Shown here in pieces: positions 27,634-37,487 of a stretch of DNA of 64,000 nt; position 1 is the stretch's first letter; each line of letters opens with the position of its first letter. The position numbers and the translations under genes are program-made. The notes under the pieces were generated by a model. It made no database searches and was not told the origin of the DNA. It was given only the letters and a program-made list of their open reading frames with translations. This DNA is from a bacterium (lineage in GTDB: Bacteria > Patescibacteriota > Minisyncoccia > JBBINA01). The DNA is taken from contig JBBINA010000003.1 of assembly GCA_037444125.1 (NCBI GenBank), forward strand, positions 3,167 through 67,166. Reading direction: 5' to 3'.

Positions 27634-29419
27634 AATGTTTTGGTAAGTTTCCGACTGAATACACACTTATTAATCTATCCTCGTAAATTAACGGGTATCC
27701 ATCGATAAGCTTGGAAAAATTCTTAGCGACTGCATAGCAAAAATCGTCCTTTTTTTCTCCCAATTCTAATAAAGTTTCTGTATATACTACTATATATTTG
27801 CTCCTTGATTTACTCAGAAATGCTTCAAATTTTTTTTTGTCTTCGACGTCTATAGAAAACACGGCATTATCTCCTTGATTAAAAGTACAACTTAATTTTC
27901 TCAAGAAAGAATTTTCTGGCGCATTATAAAAATTATTGAACTCTGATGACCTAATTATCAAACTATGTAGGGCCCCGCCTACAATTCGTTTATTATGAAT
28001 TGTTTGATCATAATTAGCCAGAGTATTTAATATTGAATCAGTAGGAATAATAAATAAAGAATAATCACTACGATCGTTTTTGATATCATTAAAAAACTTA
28101 GGTCGCTCTATATTTTCTAAATTATAAGGAAGGGTTAAACGCTCAATTAAAAAAGAAGCACAAATTATTGCAAAAAAAAGAGGCCGTGAGGTTAATTTTT
28201 TTTCTTTCATAAAAAAAGACACAATAACCGCTACAGCAAGCAGGGAAAAAATAATAAACCGGTTTGGTGTTCTTAAAAAAATAAAAGGGGGAAGATACAT
28301 TATCAAAAAATATGGCAAAGGGACAATTAGTTTCCCAAAAGGAGAAACAGGAGCTTGAAAAAACTTCAGAATTGGCCCCATTGAAAAAATAAGAAAACTC
28401 AAAAAAATAAGATACCATAATTTTACCTTTTTCAAAAATTCCTTGATGAACAAACCGACTACCAGTATAGCCACCTCCGGTATGCCAAGATACACATCCT
28501 TCTCGGGCAAAGTAACAATGTATTTAGTATAAAACCCAGACAACAATTTTCCCAAGCTCGTAACAGGAGGTAGAATAAACAAAAAAGGGAAATCAGTCGC
28601 ATAACTAAAATTGCTAACCAATGAATAACCCAGATCATAAAACGATAACATGCCACCATTAGAATCAACAAGTAAGGAGGAAATGATAAGCATTAAAGGC
28701 ATCATCAATAATAAGGTGAACAAAAAAACAGCCAAGTACACTTTTATATACGAACTAAACGAACGGTCAACGGTGATATGATATATAATCACTTCTACGA
28801 TTGAAAATGTGATAATAAAGATAAAATATGTTGAACTTGCTAAAAAATTAAGAAAAATAGCTAGGCTAAATAAAATCGCATAATATAGTCGCTTATTCTT
28901 TTGTAGTTTTAATAAAAATAAGATTGCCAAAGGTATAAACTCAGCAGACATAATATTAAGATGTGTAACGCCACGAGATAACATAAATGTGCTAAAACCA
29001 AAAAGAAAACCACCTACTAAAGAAGCAGTAGTATGATTCGTCAAATACTTGATCAATAGAAAACTAAAAAAAGCAGTTAAAACAAATGCTAGCAAAACTT
29101 CTATGTTATAAGCGATATGTTGAGGAAAAAATTGAGCCAATATAAATGAAAGCCCGATATTAAAATAAGAATCGGTAGTTTGAGTTATATTTACAACAAA
29201 TGGGCTCCACAGATAATCATTAAAAAATGGGTTTTTATTTAACTCAAAAATAGAATACTTAAACCACCAATTTTGCCAAATAAATAAAAAGGGATCAGAA
29301 ATAAACGATTCCGCTGGAATTGAGGAAGTAAATCTAATTATTAAAGGAAAAGTAAAAATAATAGCACAAAAAAAATAAATCATTAGAACTATTAGATTTT
29401 CTTTTATCGATTCTCGCAT
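27626..29419 (-). CDS. YfhO-like / GT-C polytopic membrane protein
   Basis: FTFPLI, SDPFLFIWQNWW, NPFFNDYLWSP, LRTPNRF, YDQTIHNKRIVGG. Confidence 0.6.
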   Translation of the reverse strand: MRESIKENLIVLMIYFFCAIIFTFPLIIRFTSSIPAESFISDPFLFIWQNWWFKYSIFELNKNPFFNDYLWSPFVVNITQTTDSYFNIGLSFILAQFFPQHIAYNIEVLLAFVLTAFFSFLLIKYLTNHTTASLVGGFLFGFSTFMLSRGVTHLNIMSAEFIPLAILFLLKLQKNKRLYYAILFSLAIFLNFLASSTYFIFIITFSIVEVIIYHITVDRSFSSYIKVYLAVFLFTLLLMMPLMLIISSLLVDSNGGMLSFYDLGYSLVSNFSYATDFPFLFILPPVTSLGKLLSGFYTKYIVTLPEKDVYLGIPEVAILVVGLFIKEFLKKVKLWYLIFLSFLIFSMGPILKFFQAPVSPFGKLIVPLPYFLIMYLPPFIFLRTPNRFIIFSLLAVAVIVSFFMKEKKLTSRPLFFAIICASFLIERLTLPYNLENIERPKFFNDIKNDRSDYSLFIIPTDSILNTLANYDQTIHNKRIVGGALHSLIIRSSEFNNFYNAPENSFLRKLSCTFNQGDNAVFSIDVEDKKKFEAFLSKSRSKYIVVYTETLLELGEKKDDFCYAVAKNFSKLIDGYPLIYEDRLISVYSVGNLPKHYD

Positions 29420-29627
29420 GTTAGCTGAATAAACTTTAATTTAAGTTTATTTTTTCACCTGGGTTTGTTTAATATTCTGACAAGATAAAAAAATGATACC
29501 AGTAGCCTATAATATAATCTGAAGAATTTTATATCTCTTGTCTGAAACTTGGTAACACATAATAAAAATTTAAATGGAGTATTATGCACTAAAACAATCA
29601 TCTCTAAACTACTAAAGTTTTAAAGGA

Positions 29628-30587
29628 TTATTTCCTATCGAAATTTATCCTCCGTTTCACTATAAACAATGGCCTATCACTTACCTCACTATGAATATTG
29701 GCAATATAAAGGGATACTATACCAATAGAAAACAACATTATTCCAGTTAAGAAAAGATTGAAAATAGCTAAAATCGCCGTTCCAGAAAAATGAAAACCAA
29801 ACGGGTCGTTAATAATATATTTATTTAAAAATATGAATAAACCTAATAGTCCTGAAAATATCGTAACAACTACGCCAAGATAACCGACTAACCTTAAAGG
29901 AAAAAGGCTATGAGTTGTAAAGCTAACTAAAGCCAGGCTAACTAATTTCCCATAAGAATATTCACCTAATCCATGTTTTCTCTCATTAACCCGAAATATC
30001 ACATAGGCTTTTTTAAAACCCAACCAATCTATTAATCCGCGCGCAATGCGGTTTCTTTCTGTAAACCGATTAAATTCTTTTATAATTTTTCGGTCAATAA
30101 GCCGAAAGTCTGTCTCGCCGGAAACGATCTCGGTCTCGCTAATAATCTGCATAATTTTATAAAAAATCAAGGAACTTATTCTTCTAATAAAATTTGTTTT
30201 GCCAACATTTTTTTTGATGCCAATCACAATATCAAATCCTTCCTTCCATTTCTTCAGAAATTCAGAAATAAGTTCTGGCGGGTGCTGAAGGTCACCATCC
30301 ATTATTACGGCCGCGTCGCCTGAGGAATAAAAAATTCCAGCTGAAATAGCAATCTCCTTACCAAAATTTCTGGACAAACCAACGCATTTTACTCTCTCGT
30401 CTTTTTCAGCTATTTTCTTAATTACCTTATAGCTACCATCATTACTTCCATCATCTATAAAAATAATTTCAAAATTGTACTTTTCTTTTAAAGACAAAAA
30501 AACTTTTTTGAGTTTTTCATATAGTAATTCAATATTGTCTTCCTCGTTATAAACTGGGATGATAATTGAAATTAGTTTTTTGCGCAT
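29628..30587 (-). CDS. GT2 bactoprenol glycosyltransferase (GtrB/ArnC-like)
   Basis: SIIIPVYNEE, DDGSND, LSRNFGKE, MDGDLQHPPE, DFRLIDR, two C-terminal TM, RPLFIV. Confidence 0.9.
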   Translation of the reverse strand: MRKKLISIIIPVYNEEDNIELLYEKLKKVFLSLKEKYNFEIIFIDDGSNDGSYKVIKKIAEKDERVKCVGLSRNFGKEIAISAGIFYSSGDAAVIMDGDLQHPPELISEFLKKWKEGFDIVIGIKKNVGKTNFIRRISSLIFYKIMQIISETEIVSGETDFRLIDRKIIKEFNRFTERNRIARGLIDWLGFKKAYVIFRVNERKHGLGEYSYGKLVSLALVSFTTHSLFPLRLVGYLGVVVTIFSGLLGLFIFLNKYIINDPFGFHFSGTAILAIFNLFLTGIMLFSIGIVSLYIANIHSEVSDRPLFIVKRRINFDRK

Positions 30588-30681
30588 GTACAAACCACTA
30601 AGAAAAAGCCTTCTCTCTGAAGATAAATTATATATGAACGCATATTAAGAAATCAAATGTTATAAAAAAGCAGGTGATTTC

Positions 30682-32034
30682 TCACCTGCTCTTAGGAACG
30701 AATTCTGTGCGGGAAACGCCGTTAACGGCGAATTCATCGATCCAGAGTTTATTCGAGTTAACTTTGAGACATCCTGCGAAAGCAAATCGTGGGAAACAAG
30801 CTCCGCCTGGACAAAGCCCACGAATTCTTGTTGGGATTATAAGTTCATTCTCTTTAGAAAGCTGTACAATATAAGGATGGTTAAACTGACTTGTCTCGCC
30901 TCGGCCGATTTTCAACCAGATGCGCGGCGGATCCTCTTGATTAATGGTACAGCCGCCGGCAAAAGTTATTCTGACCTTATCGCCGGGCGAGAATCTAACA
31001 TCAATTTGCTTAATTTTCTCACCAAAATCATATCTTAACCAAGACATCTCGGGAGTAAACTCTCTATCAGGAGGGGGCGCGTCTCCGGGAACTGTAACAA
31101 CACTTTGTGCCCCCTGTAATTCCAGATAGAAATCAGTTATTCCCTGTGCCGCTTTTCCCAACCTGAAAGAACTAATCGCCGGCCAGACAAAATAAACAAA
31201 TCCACCAATGATACCCAAAATCAGCAACAGTCTAAACGCCTTATAGCTACTTTTTTCAAATGGTATTGCAATGCCAAAAATTAACAAGAGAAGTGTCCCA
31301 AGAATCATAAAAAAGAATTGAGGCTTATTTTCGGCGTACTTGACGACTGTCTCCAAAAAATCCTTTACACCGCTAAATCCTTGTTCCTGAACAATAAAGT
31401 AGCCTATAATAACGACACCGGCTGTTATAATCGCCAGCGTAAGAAATTTAAAAACTGATTTTTCCTCGCGTAGCAATACCAAAACCAAAACGCCAAAACC
31501 CAGAACAACTCCAAGTAAGATCCATTCTGAGGAAAGCTTGCTAAAAGGCTCTATCTGACGTAAATAGTAAAATCCTGCGCCAAGTAGCCCCAAAAATAAA
31601 ATCAGTATGGGAATGCCAAAAACTAATTCGGCAAAAGATCCACCTCTTCTAAACAAAAACCAAAACCCAGCTAACACAAGAATAACTATACCCGTAGCAA
31701 GAAGCTCTACTGGTCCGATATCCTGGGTAAATTTAGCGCTTTCGTTAATAATAAAACCAAGAATAGCGCTAAAGTTTAAGATGGCTATTATTAACCCTAC
31801 TAAGCTCAGGATAGTCAGAAATGTCTTTCCAACTGACCAAGTGCCAAAGTCAAGGATTGGACCCTTAAACTCTGGTTTAAACTCGCCCTTTTTAATAGTC
31901 ACTGTCTTGTCTAAAAACTTTTTTGCCGCAACAATGACTAAAGTTAAAACTACTAACCAAAAACCTGCGAAACCTAAAACATAAGGCACAAGAAATAACG
32001 CCACTAGGCCGATAACGATCCATCCAATATTCAT
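30682..32034 (-). CDS. Hypothetical polytopic membrane protein with C-terminal Cys-containing soluble domain
   Basis: About 9-10 hydrophobic helices then ~160 aa soluble region with 4 Cys; ATGA overlap with the SPFH gene. Confidence 0.7.
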   Translation of the reverse strand: MNIGWIVIGLVALFLVPYVLGFAGFWLVVLTLVIVAAKKFLDKTVTIKKGEFKPEFKGPILDFGTWSVGKTFLTILSLVGLIIAILNFSAILGFIINESAKFTQDIGPVELLATGIVILVLAGFWFLFRRGGSFAELVFGIPILILFLGLLGAGFYYLRQIEPFSKLSSEWILLGVVLGFGVLVLVLLREEKSVFKFLTLAIITAGVVIIGYFIVQEQGFSGVKDFLETVVKYAENKPQFFFMILGTLLLLIFGIAIPFEKSSYKAFRLLLILGIIGGFVYFVWPAISSFRLGKAAQGITDFYLELQGAQSVVTVPGDAPPPDREFTPEMSWLRYDFGEKIKQIDVRFSPGDKVRITFAGGCTINQEDPPRIWLKIGRGETSQFNHPYIVQLSKENELIIPTRIRGLCPGGACFPRFAFAGCLKVNSNKLWIDEFAVNGVSRTEFVPKSR

Positions 32035-33266
32035 TCTTCTGCACCACCCTCCTCGTCTTTCTTGCCTAATTTACCTATTCCCTCACCTATACTGATAAGC
32101 CCTTCTTTCAGCCCGGGAATATTAAATATGGTCTCAGTGGCCTTACCTCGCTCAATTTTCAAGAGATCAGCAGCTTCCTTAGCTGTAAGCCCACGTCTCT
32201 TGTGCTTACTAATCTCCTCTGCAATAAATTCTTGCTCTGCCCTCTCCGCTTCGATTTGTTTAAGTTCTCTGTATCTTTTCTGTAAATCATCCTCAACTTC
32301 CTTATCAAACGATACATCACCAACAAAAGCTCGCACCACTTCAATGCCATAACGGCTTTCAGAATCAACCAGCTCTCCAGGAACAGGTCTACCTTGCTGA
32401 TCAGTGATTACATTACCATTCTCGTCAATCTGTTGTTCTTCAAAAAGATTTTGAATAGCCCGTTGCAGCTGGTTTCTATTACTCCGCACCCAGTCAGCAT
32501 CATGTTCAGCTACTGTATCTCGTAATGCCTCAAGAAATATATGAGGCAAAGTCTGTTTAAGCACCAACTGATCTATATTCAAAGCATTATAAGGATTGAT
32601 CACCCGATAAACAAATCCTACCTCAACAGCAACGCGGACACCATCATTTGTCAAAATAGGCTTCATCTCGGGAACTATATTATCAACCAGCTTTTCAGCC
32701 TGTTGATGTGCCATCTCCTGCTCTGATGTTTGTTCCGTAACTGTTGCCACAACACCCTGCTCAGTACTTCTACCCACCACACGGAAAATCTGATCAGTAA
32801 CATTGAACTTCTTCAATGACATAATACCCAAAGGCAAAGGTAAAAAAACTAAGCCTTGATGGTAAATAATTCTTTCCCGCCTTTTGAGAAAAAAAACCAC
32901 GGCACTTTCCAAGGGATCACTACTAATAAGTTGTAATACTTTATTTTCGCCGGTAAAATAGAAAAGGATAACTGCTATAACCGAAAGCCCCATTGCCGTT
33001 ATTTCAACATTAAAAGGTATAGCAGGAATCTTGCCAATTAAACTAACAAGAAAAAGCACCGTACAAAGAACAGAGCAAAATCCTAAAAATCCAGACAGCC
33101 AAGTATCTTCACCTCTGTTAAACACAATATAGCCGTTAAATCTATTACCGGGCTCGTTCACTAGATGCTCCTGATAGTTTCTATACGCCCAGCGGGCACA
33201 ATAAAAAGCACCAACCGCTAGCCCAACACTCACCAACCAGTCAAATATTCCTAACAAAACACCCAT
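32031..33266 (-). CDS. SPFH / Band 7 domain membrane protein
   Basis: ILTNDGVRVAVEVGFVYRVINPYNAL, ALRDTVA, RYGIEVVRAFVGDV, coiled-coil tail; SD AGGAGG before ATG 33266. Confidence 0.75.
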   Translation of the reverse strand: MGVLLGIFDWLVSVGLAVGAFYCARWAYRNYQEHLVNEPGNRFNGYIVFNRGEDTWLSGFLGFCSVLCTVLFLVSLIGKIPAIPFNVEITAMGLSVIAVILFYFTGENKVLQLISSDPLESAVVFFLKRRERIIYHQGLVFLPLPLGIMSLKKFNVTDQIFRVVGRSTEQGVVATVTEQTSEQEMAHQQAEKLVDNIVPEMKPILTNDGVRVAVEVGFVYRVINPYNALNIDQLVLKQTLPHIFLEALRDTVAEHDADWVRSNRNQLQRAIQNLFEEQQIDENGNVITDQQGRPVPGELVDSESRYGIEVVRAFVGDVSFDKEVEDDLQKRYRELKQIEAERAEQEFIAEEISKHKRRGLTAKEAADLLKIERGKATETIFNIPGLKEGLISIGEGIGKLGKKDEEGGAEE

Positions 33267-33459
33267 CGCTTTTCCTCCTTTACATTGATTCAGATTCAAG
33301 TAACACCAACTATAAAAGAACTTGCTATTATTATACTATAACTACCGAAAAAAATCAAGAAAAATTTGGTATATATGCTACCGCGAAATATAATTTGTGG
33401 CTTCGGTTTTGAGTCAAAATGTGTTATTATAATATTGTGCAAAGAAAAAATTATCATAA

Positions 33460-33531
33460 GGGGGTATCGGTTAATTGGTAAACCACCGGTCTCCAAAACC
33501 GGGACTCCAGGTTCGAATCCTGGTACCCCCG
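33460..33531 (+). tRNA. tRNA-Trp (anticodon CCA)
   Basis: Acceptor GGGGGTA/TACCCCC; anticodon arm CCGGT-CTCCAAA-ACCGG; T-arm CCAGG-TTCGAAT-CCTGG; CCA end not encoded. Confidence 0.95.
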
Positions 33532-33765
33532 CATTAAAACTTCTTAAGTGCCGGTAAGATAAGTTTATATGTCCTACCCTATTAGATAAACCAAGACAAC
33601 AAAAAGATTAAATTAATATATTTCTTGTTCAATAACCAAAGCCCACAATTTTACGATATTCTGACATGCAAACCTTCAAAATATAACAAGATTGATTTAT
33701 TTTGAATATCTTCTGTGGAAAAATAATAATTAAGAAAGTTTTTTTATTTTTCTAATCTTTATAAT

Positions 33766-34812
33766 TTATAAGGCAAGATTTGGCTGCGCAAAAATGGCTT
33801 CTAGATTATTAGCATTTTTTTTCTTTTTCAAATACTTTAAATAACCAACATAGGCAATCATAGCAGCGTTGTCTTGGGTTAAAATTTTGTCAGGAAAATA
33901 TATTTTTATTTTTAAATTTTTGGCTTCCAATTCTTCTTTAAATAACTCTTTTAACCTATTATTAGCCGAAACTCCTCCAGCAACAAAAATGGTTTTTATA
34001 TCATATTTCTGGACGGCGGCAAGTGTTTTTTTTACCAGAGGCATCAAGGCCGCCTCCTGAAAATGCCAAGCAATATAAGAATTTTCAATATTTGTTTTTT
34101 GGCTTTTGATTTTATATAACACGGCTGTCTTAAGACCCGAATAAGAGAAATTAAAATTATTGGAATTAATCATTGGCGGCTTAAATAATAGCTTTGGTCT
34201 TTGATTTTTAATATTTGGCTTAAACTCTAAAGCTAGCCTTTCGATTTGCGGCCCGCCAGGGTATCCCAATCCCAAAAGCCGCGCCACTTTATCAAATGCC
34301 TCGCCACAAGCGTCATCTAAAGTACGACCTAAAACTAAATACTCACCAACTCCTTTAACAACCACAAGTTCAGTGTGGCCTCCAGAAACTAATAAACATA
34401 AAAATGGGAGATTAAATATTGGCCTTTCAAAAACATCATTTAAAAATGGCGAAAATAAATGTCCCTCAAGATGATTTACGGCAATTATAGGTTTTTGCCA
34501 TGAATAGCTTAAAAGCTTTGCTGCCACTATTCCCATTAATAAAGAAGGCCCTAACCCTGGCCCAACAGTAACAGCTATAAGACCAAGCGCTTCTTTTAGG
34601 TGCCTGTGCTTTTTTATCGCCTCTTCAATTAAAACGTAAAGGTTTTTCTCGTGGTAACGAGCCGCTAAATAAGGCACTACGCCTCCGTATTTAGCATGAA
34701 TTTTGACTTGCGATGATATAAGATTCAATAAATTAATAGGCACGCCACTATTTATCTCTACTAAAGCAATGCCGGTGTCATCGCAACTAGTCTCAATACC
34801 TAGAATCAACAT
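33766..34812 (-). CDS. tsaD: tRNA threonylcarbamoyladenosine transferase TsaD
   Basis: ILGIETSCDDT, YGGVVP, GPGL, NHLEGH, LVSGGHT, DDACGEAFDK, YPGGP, DNAAMI. Confidence 0.97.
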   Translation of the reverse strand: MLILGIETSCDDTGIALVEINSGVPINLLNLISSQVKIHAKYGGVVPYLAARYHEKNLYVLIEEAIKKHRHLKEALGLIAVTVGPGLGPSLLMGIVAAKLLSYSWQKPIIAVNHLEGHLFSPFLNDVFERPIFNLPFLCLLVSGGHTELVVVKGVGEYLVLGRTLDDACGEAFDKVARLLGLGYPGGPQIERLALEFKPNIKNQRPKLLFKPPMINSNNFNFSYSGLKTAVLYKIKSQKTNIENSYIAWHFQEAALMPLVKKTLAAVQKYDIKTIFVAGGVSANNRLKELFKEELEAKNLKIKIYFPDKILTQDNAAMIAYVGYLKYLKKKKNANNLEAIFAQPNLAL

Positions 34813-34889
34813 AAATAATAAAAAAACATCTTATTATATTATACAATATATAACTAAGTTTTATAAAATTTTTAAGGACGCTTGGACTA

Positions 34890-34918
34890 TTGACAACTTT
34901 GAATTTGTTTCTTATTAT
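34890..34918 (+). promoter_or_regulatory. Putative promoter for the sigma-region-4 / VirD4-like operon
   Basis: TTGACA-N17-TATTAT, followed by TATAATATTATA repeats. Confidence 0.45.
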
Positions 34919-34976
34919 ATTATATTCTTTATAATATTATAATATTATATTCTCAATTTAAAATCTAAAGCCATAA

Positions 34977-36020
34977 ATGTCTCTCAACATAAACACCCTC
35001 AGAAATATTTCCCTAAATATCCTCAATTCGCTCAATGACAAACAGCAAAATGTAATTAAAAAAAGATTTGCTATTGATGCCAAAGAACCTCTCACTCTAC
35101 AAGAAATAGGTAATGAATACGGCATCACACGCGAGCGAGTGCGCCAAATTCAAAATGAAGCTTTAAACAAGCTACGTCGCAACTCCCAAGTAATTGAACA
35201 AATAAAGAACCTGCATGACGAACTGCATGAATTTTTAGAAACACATGGCGGCCTAAAACACGAAGAAAAATTACTTGACTCATTCTTAACCGCGCATCTT
35301 AAAATACAAAAGCCAAAAGGTCTTTCAGGGTTCATCCACCTTGCTTTACATATTGGTCATCCCTACTTTAAAAATATTAAAGAGGATAATGAATTTTTTG
35401 CCCACTGGTATAATTTAGAAACGGCAGTTAAAAACGCGCGACGGCTCACAGAAGAAATGATTAACCGTTTTAATAAAATTAAGACAATTTTGCATTATTA
35501 TGATGTTATTGAGGAAGCTCGTAAAATTATTAAAGGTCTTTCGGAAAAAGCTATTATCTCATACCTTGAAATTTCAAAACAAATAAGCAGCAACACTTTT
35601 GGTTACTGGGGTTTGGCCGACTGGGAAGAAATAAGACAACGCGGCGTCAAGGGTAAAATATATGTAATTCTGGAAAAAGAAAGACGGCCAATGCATTTTC
35701 GCGAAATTTCTCAAATCATCAACAAACACTACCCCAAAAAAGTTAAAATACCGACAGTTCACAACGAACTTATCAAAGATGATCGTTTTGTTCTTGCCGG
35801 CCGCGGCACTTATGCACTTAGAAAATGGGGCTACGAAGATCTACCCGTCAAGGATGTGATTATTAAAATTATCCGAGAAAACAAAGGAAAATTATCCAAA
35901 GAAAAACTTATTCAAGAGGTTTTAAAAAGGAAAATTGTTAAACCAGAAACCGTTAAACTTAATATCAAAATGCTTAAAAACATCAAGGAAAAAGGCGACT
36001 TACTGAGCTTAATAGCCTAA
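34977..36020 (+). CDS. Sigma-70 region-4 HTH plus winged-HTH (HARE-HTH/RNAP-delta-like) protein
   Basis: TLQEIGNEYGITRERVRQIQ..AL.KLR at the N-terminus; no sigma region 2; C-terminal PMHFREI..TVHNELI.DDRFVLAGRGTYALRKWGY. Confidence 0.75.
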   Translation: MSLNINTLRNISLNILNSLNDKQQNVIKKRFAIDAKEPLTLQEIGNEYGITRERVRQIQNEALNKLRRNSQVIEQIKNLHDELHEFLETHGGLKHEEKLLDSFLTAHLKIQKPKGLSGFIHLALHIGHPYFKNIKEDNEFFAHWYNLETAVKNARRLTEEMINRFNKIKTILHYYDVIEEARKIIKGLSEKAIISYLEISKQISSNTFGYWGLADWEEIRQRGVKGKIYVILEKERRPMHFREISQIINKHYPKKVKIPTVHNELIKDDRFVLAGRGTYALRKWGYEDLPVKDVIIKIIRENKGKLSKEKLIQEVLKRKIVKPETVKLNIKMLKNIKEKGDLLSLIA

Positions 36021-36046
36021 TTTTATTCAGTTTATTCTTAATATAA

Positions 36047-37456
36047 ATGGCTCTTTTTGAAAAAATATTGCTATATGTAGTGGTTTTTTTATTTATCAGA
36101 ATTTTATATATCTACGCCAGAAATAAATTCATTGACATTAAAGAAACACAATTCCTGGCACAACGAAAATTTGCAGTTTTAGAAGTAATGATTCCTGCGG
36201 AGATTGAAAAAACGCCCCTAGCTATGGAAAATGTTTTTTCAATTATCCATGGAACGCTTATTGTGCCCGGACCAATTGATTACAATTTTTATGGCGTTAG
36301 AGAGTATTTATATGTTTTTGAAATAGTCGGACGCAATGGTTATGTTAATTACTACCTAAATGTACCTGTAGAGTATACTGAACTTGTTAAGTCAGCTCTA
36401 TATTCAAACTTCCCTACGCTGGAAGTAAAAGAAACCGAAGACTGGAAAAAAGACCTACCAACTTTTAAACCTGGGCAAAATATATATTTTAAAAATAATA
36501 CCAAATACCGCGTCAAAATAGGCGAATTAAAACTCATTAAACCTGATGCTTATCCTATTAAAACTTATTTGGATTTTGGCTTTAAGGAGAAATTTGTTGA
36601 TTTAGAAGAAGAAAGTAAAATATCTGACCCGCTGGCTAATGTCTTAGAAGCTATTGGTAGTGCCGGCAAAGACGAAATAATAGTATACCAACTATTAATT
36701 CAGCCAACCGCCGACGCTTGGAAAGAAGAAGGTCTAAAACTAAGAGATCAATTGTTGGGACGCAACCAACAAAAGAAAGCTACTGGCCTGAAGTATATCT
36801 TCAATGAGATGCTTAAAGAATTAAGATTATGGCTTACAGCCGCTATTGATAGATTTATGCATTTAGTCACTGGCGGCCATATAGGCTCCATCGAAGAACA
36901 AATAAAACAAATGCAGCAAGAAAAGGAACTATTCCCTCAAGCTCTAGCATTATCAAAGCGGGAAATGGAAGTTATTTATGCCATCGAACGCAATATTTCA
37001 AAACTTGGTTTTACCACTTGGATAAGACTAGGTTATATCGCGCCTAAGCAATCATATAATGTAGCTAAATATGAAAATTTGGTTTATTCTTTCAAACAGT
37101 TCAACAGCCAAGATTTAAATGGTTTTATGAGTAATTCTTATTTTAGCAGTGAAGTTGATATTCGACTGGGAGATTTGTTGGATTTTAAAACTCTTTATTA
37201 TATTTGGTGGAAACATAGAGGAATTATTGCACCTACTAATAAACGCAAACTAGATGCCTTACGACAATATAATCTTTTTACTCTTCTTTACAGAAAGGTG
37301 CCAGGCAAAAGAAAAATCGGTCACCGATCATTTGTTTTCAATACAGAAGAGTTGGCCACAATTTATCATTTTCCAACCAAAGGAATAGTAGCGCCATATA
37401 TTAAAAGAATTGAAGCAAAAAGAAAGAGACCGCCTCTTGGCTTGCCAACCGGTTAA
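36047..37456 (+). CDS. Membrane-anchored hypothetical protein, partner of the VirD4-like ATPase
   Basis: N-terminal TM; LEVMIP.EI.KTPLAME, YPIKTY.DF, DPL, FVFNTEELATIYHFP. Confidence 0.65.
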   Translation: MALFEKILLYVVVFLFIRILYIYARNKFIDIKETQFLAQRKFAVLEVMIPAEIEKTPLAMENVFSIIHGTLIVPGPIDYNFYGVREYLYVFEIVGRNGYVNYYLNVPVEYTELVKSALYSNFPTLEVKETEDWKKDLPTFKPGQNIYFKNNTKYRVKIGELKLIKPDAYPIKTYLDFGFKEKFVDLEEESKISDPLANVLEAIGSAGKDEIIVYQLLIQPTADAWKEEGLKLRDQLLGRNQQKKATGLKYIFNEMLKELRLWLTAAIDRFMHLVTGGHIGSIEEQIKQMQQEKELFPQALALSKREMEVIYAIERNISKLGFTTWIRLGYIAPKQSYNVAKYENLVYSFKQFNSQDLNGFMSNSYFSSEVDIRLGDLLDFKTLYYIWWKHRGIIAPTNKRKLDALRQYNLFTLLYRKVPGKRKIGHRSFVFNTEELATIYHFPTKGIVAPYIKRIEAKRKRPPLGLPTG

Positions 37457-37487
37457 GATTTTATAAATTAACTTCGTATTAATAATT

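Noticed and set aside
16263-29419. Poly-A/T tracts in GT genes as phase-variation switches
   Set aside because: Runs of 7-9 A/T are common throughout this AT-rich, Phe/Lys-rich sequence, including in housekeeping genes.
33296-33557. ORFs 33296..33496 and 33366..33557
   Set aside because: They overlap tRNA-Trp and promoter DNA; spurious.
30600-33760. Integrative element at tRNA-Trp
   Set aside because: No integrase and no duplicated tRNA 3' end were seen, and the accessory genes lie on the tRNA's 5' side.
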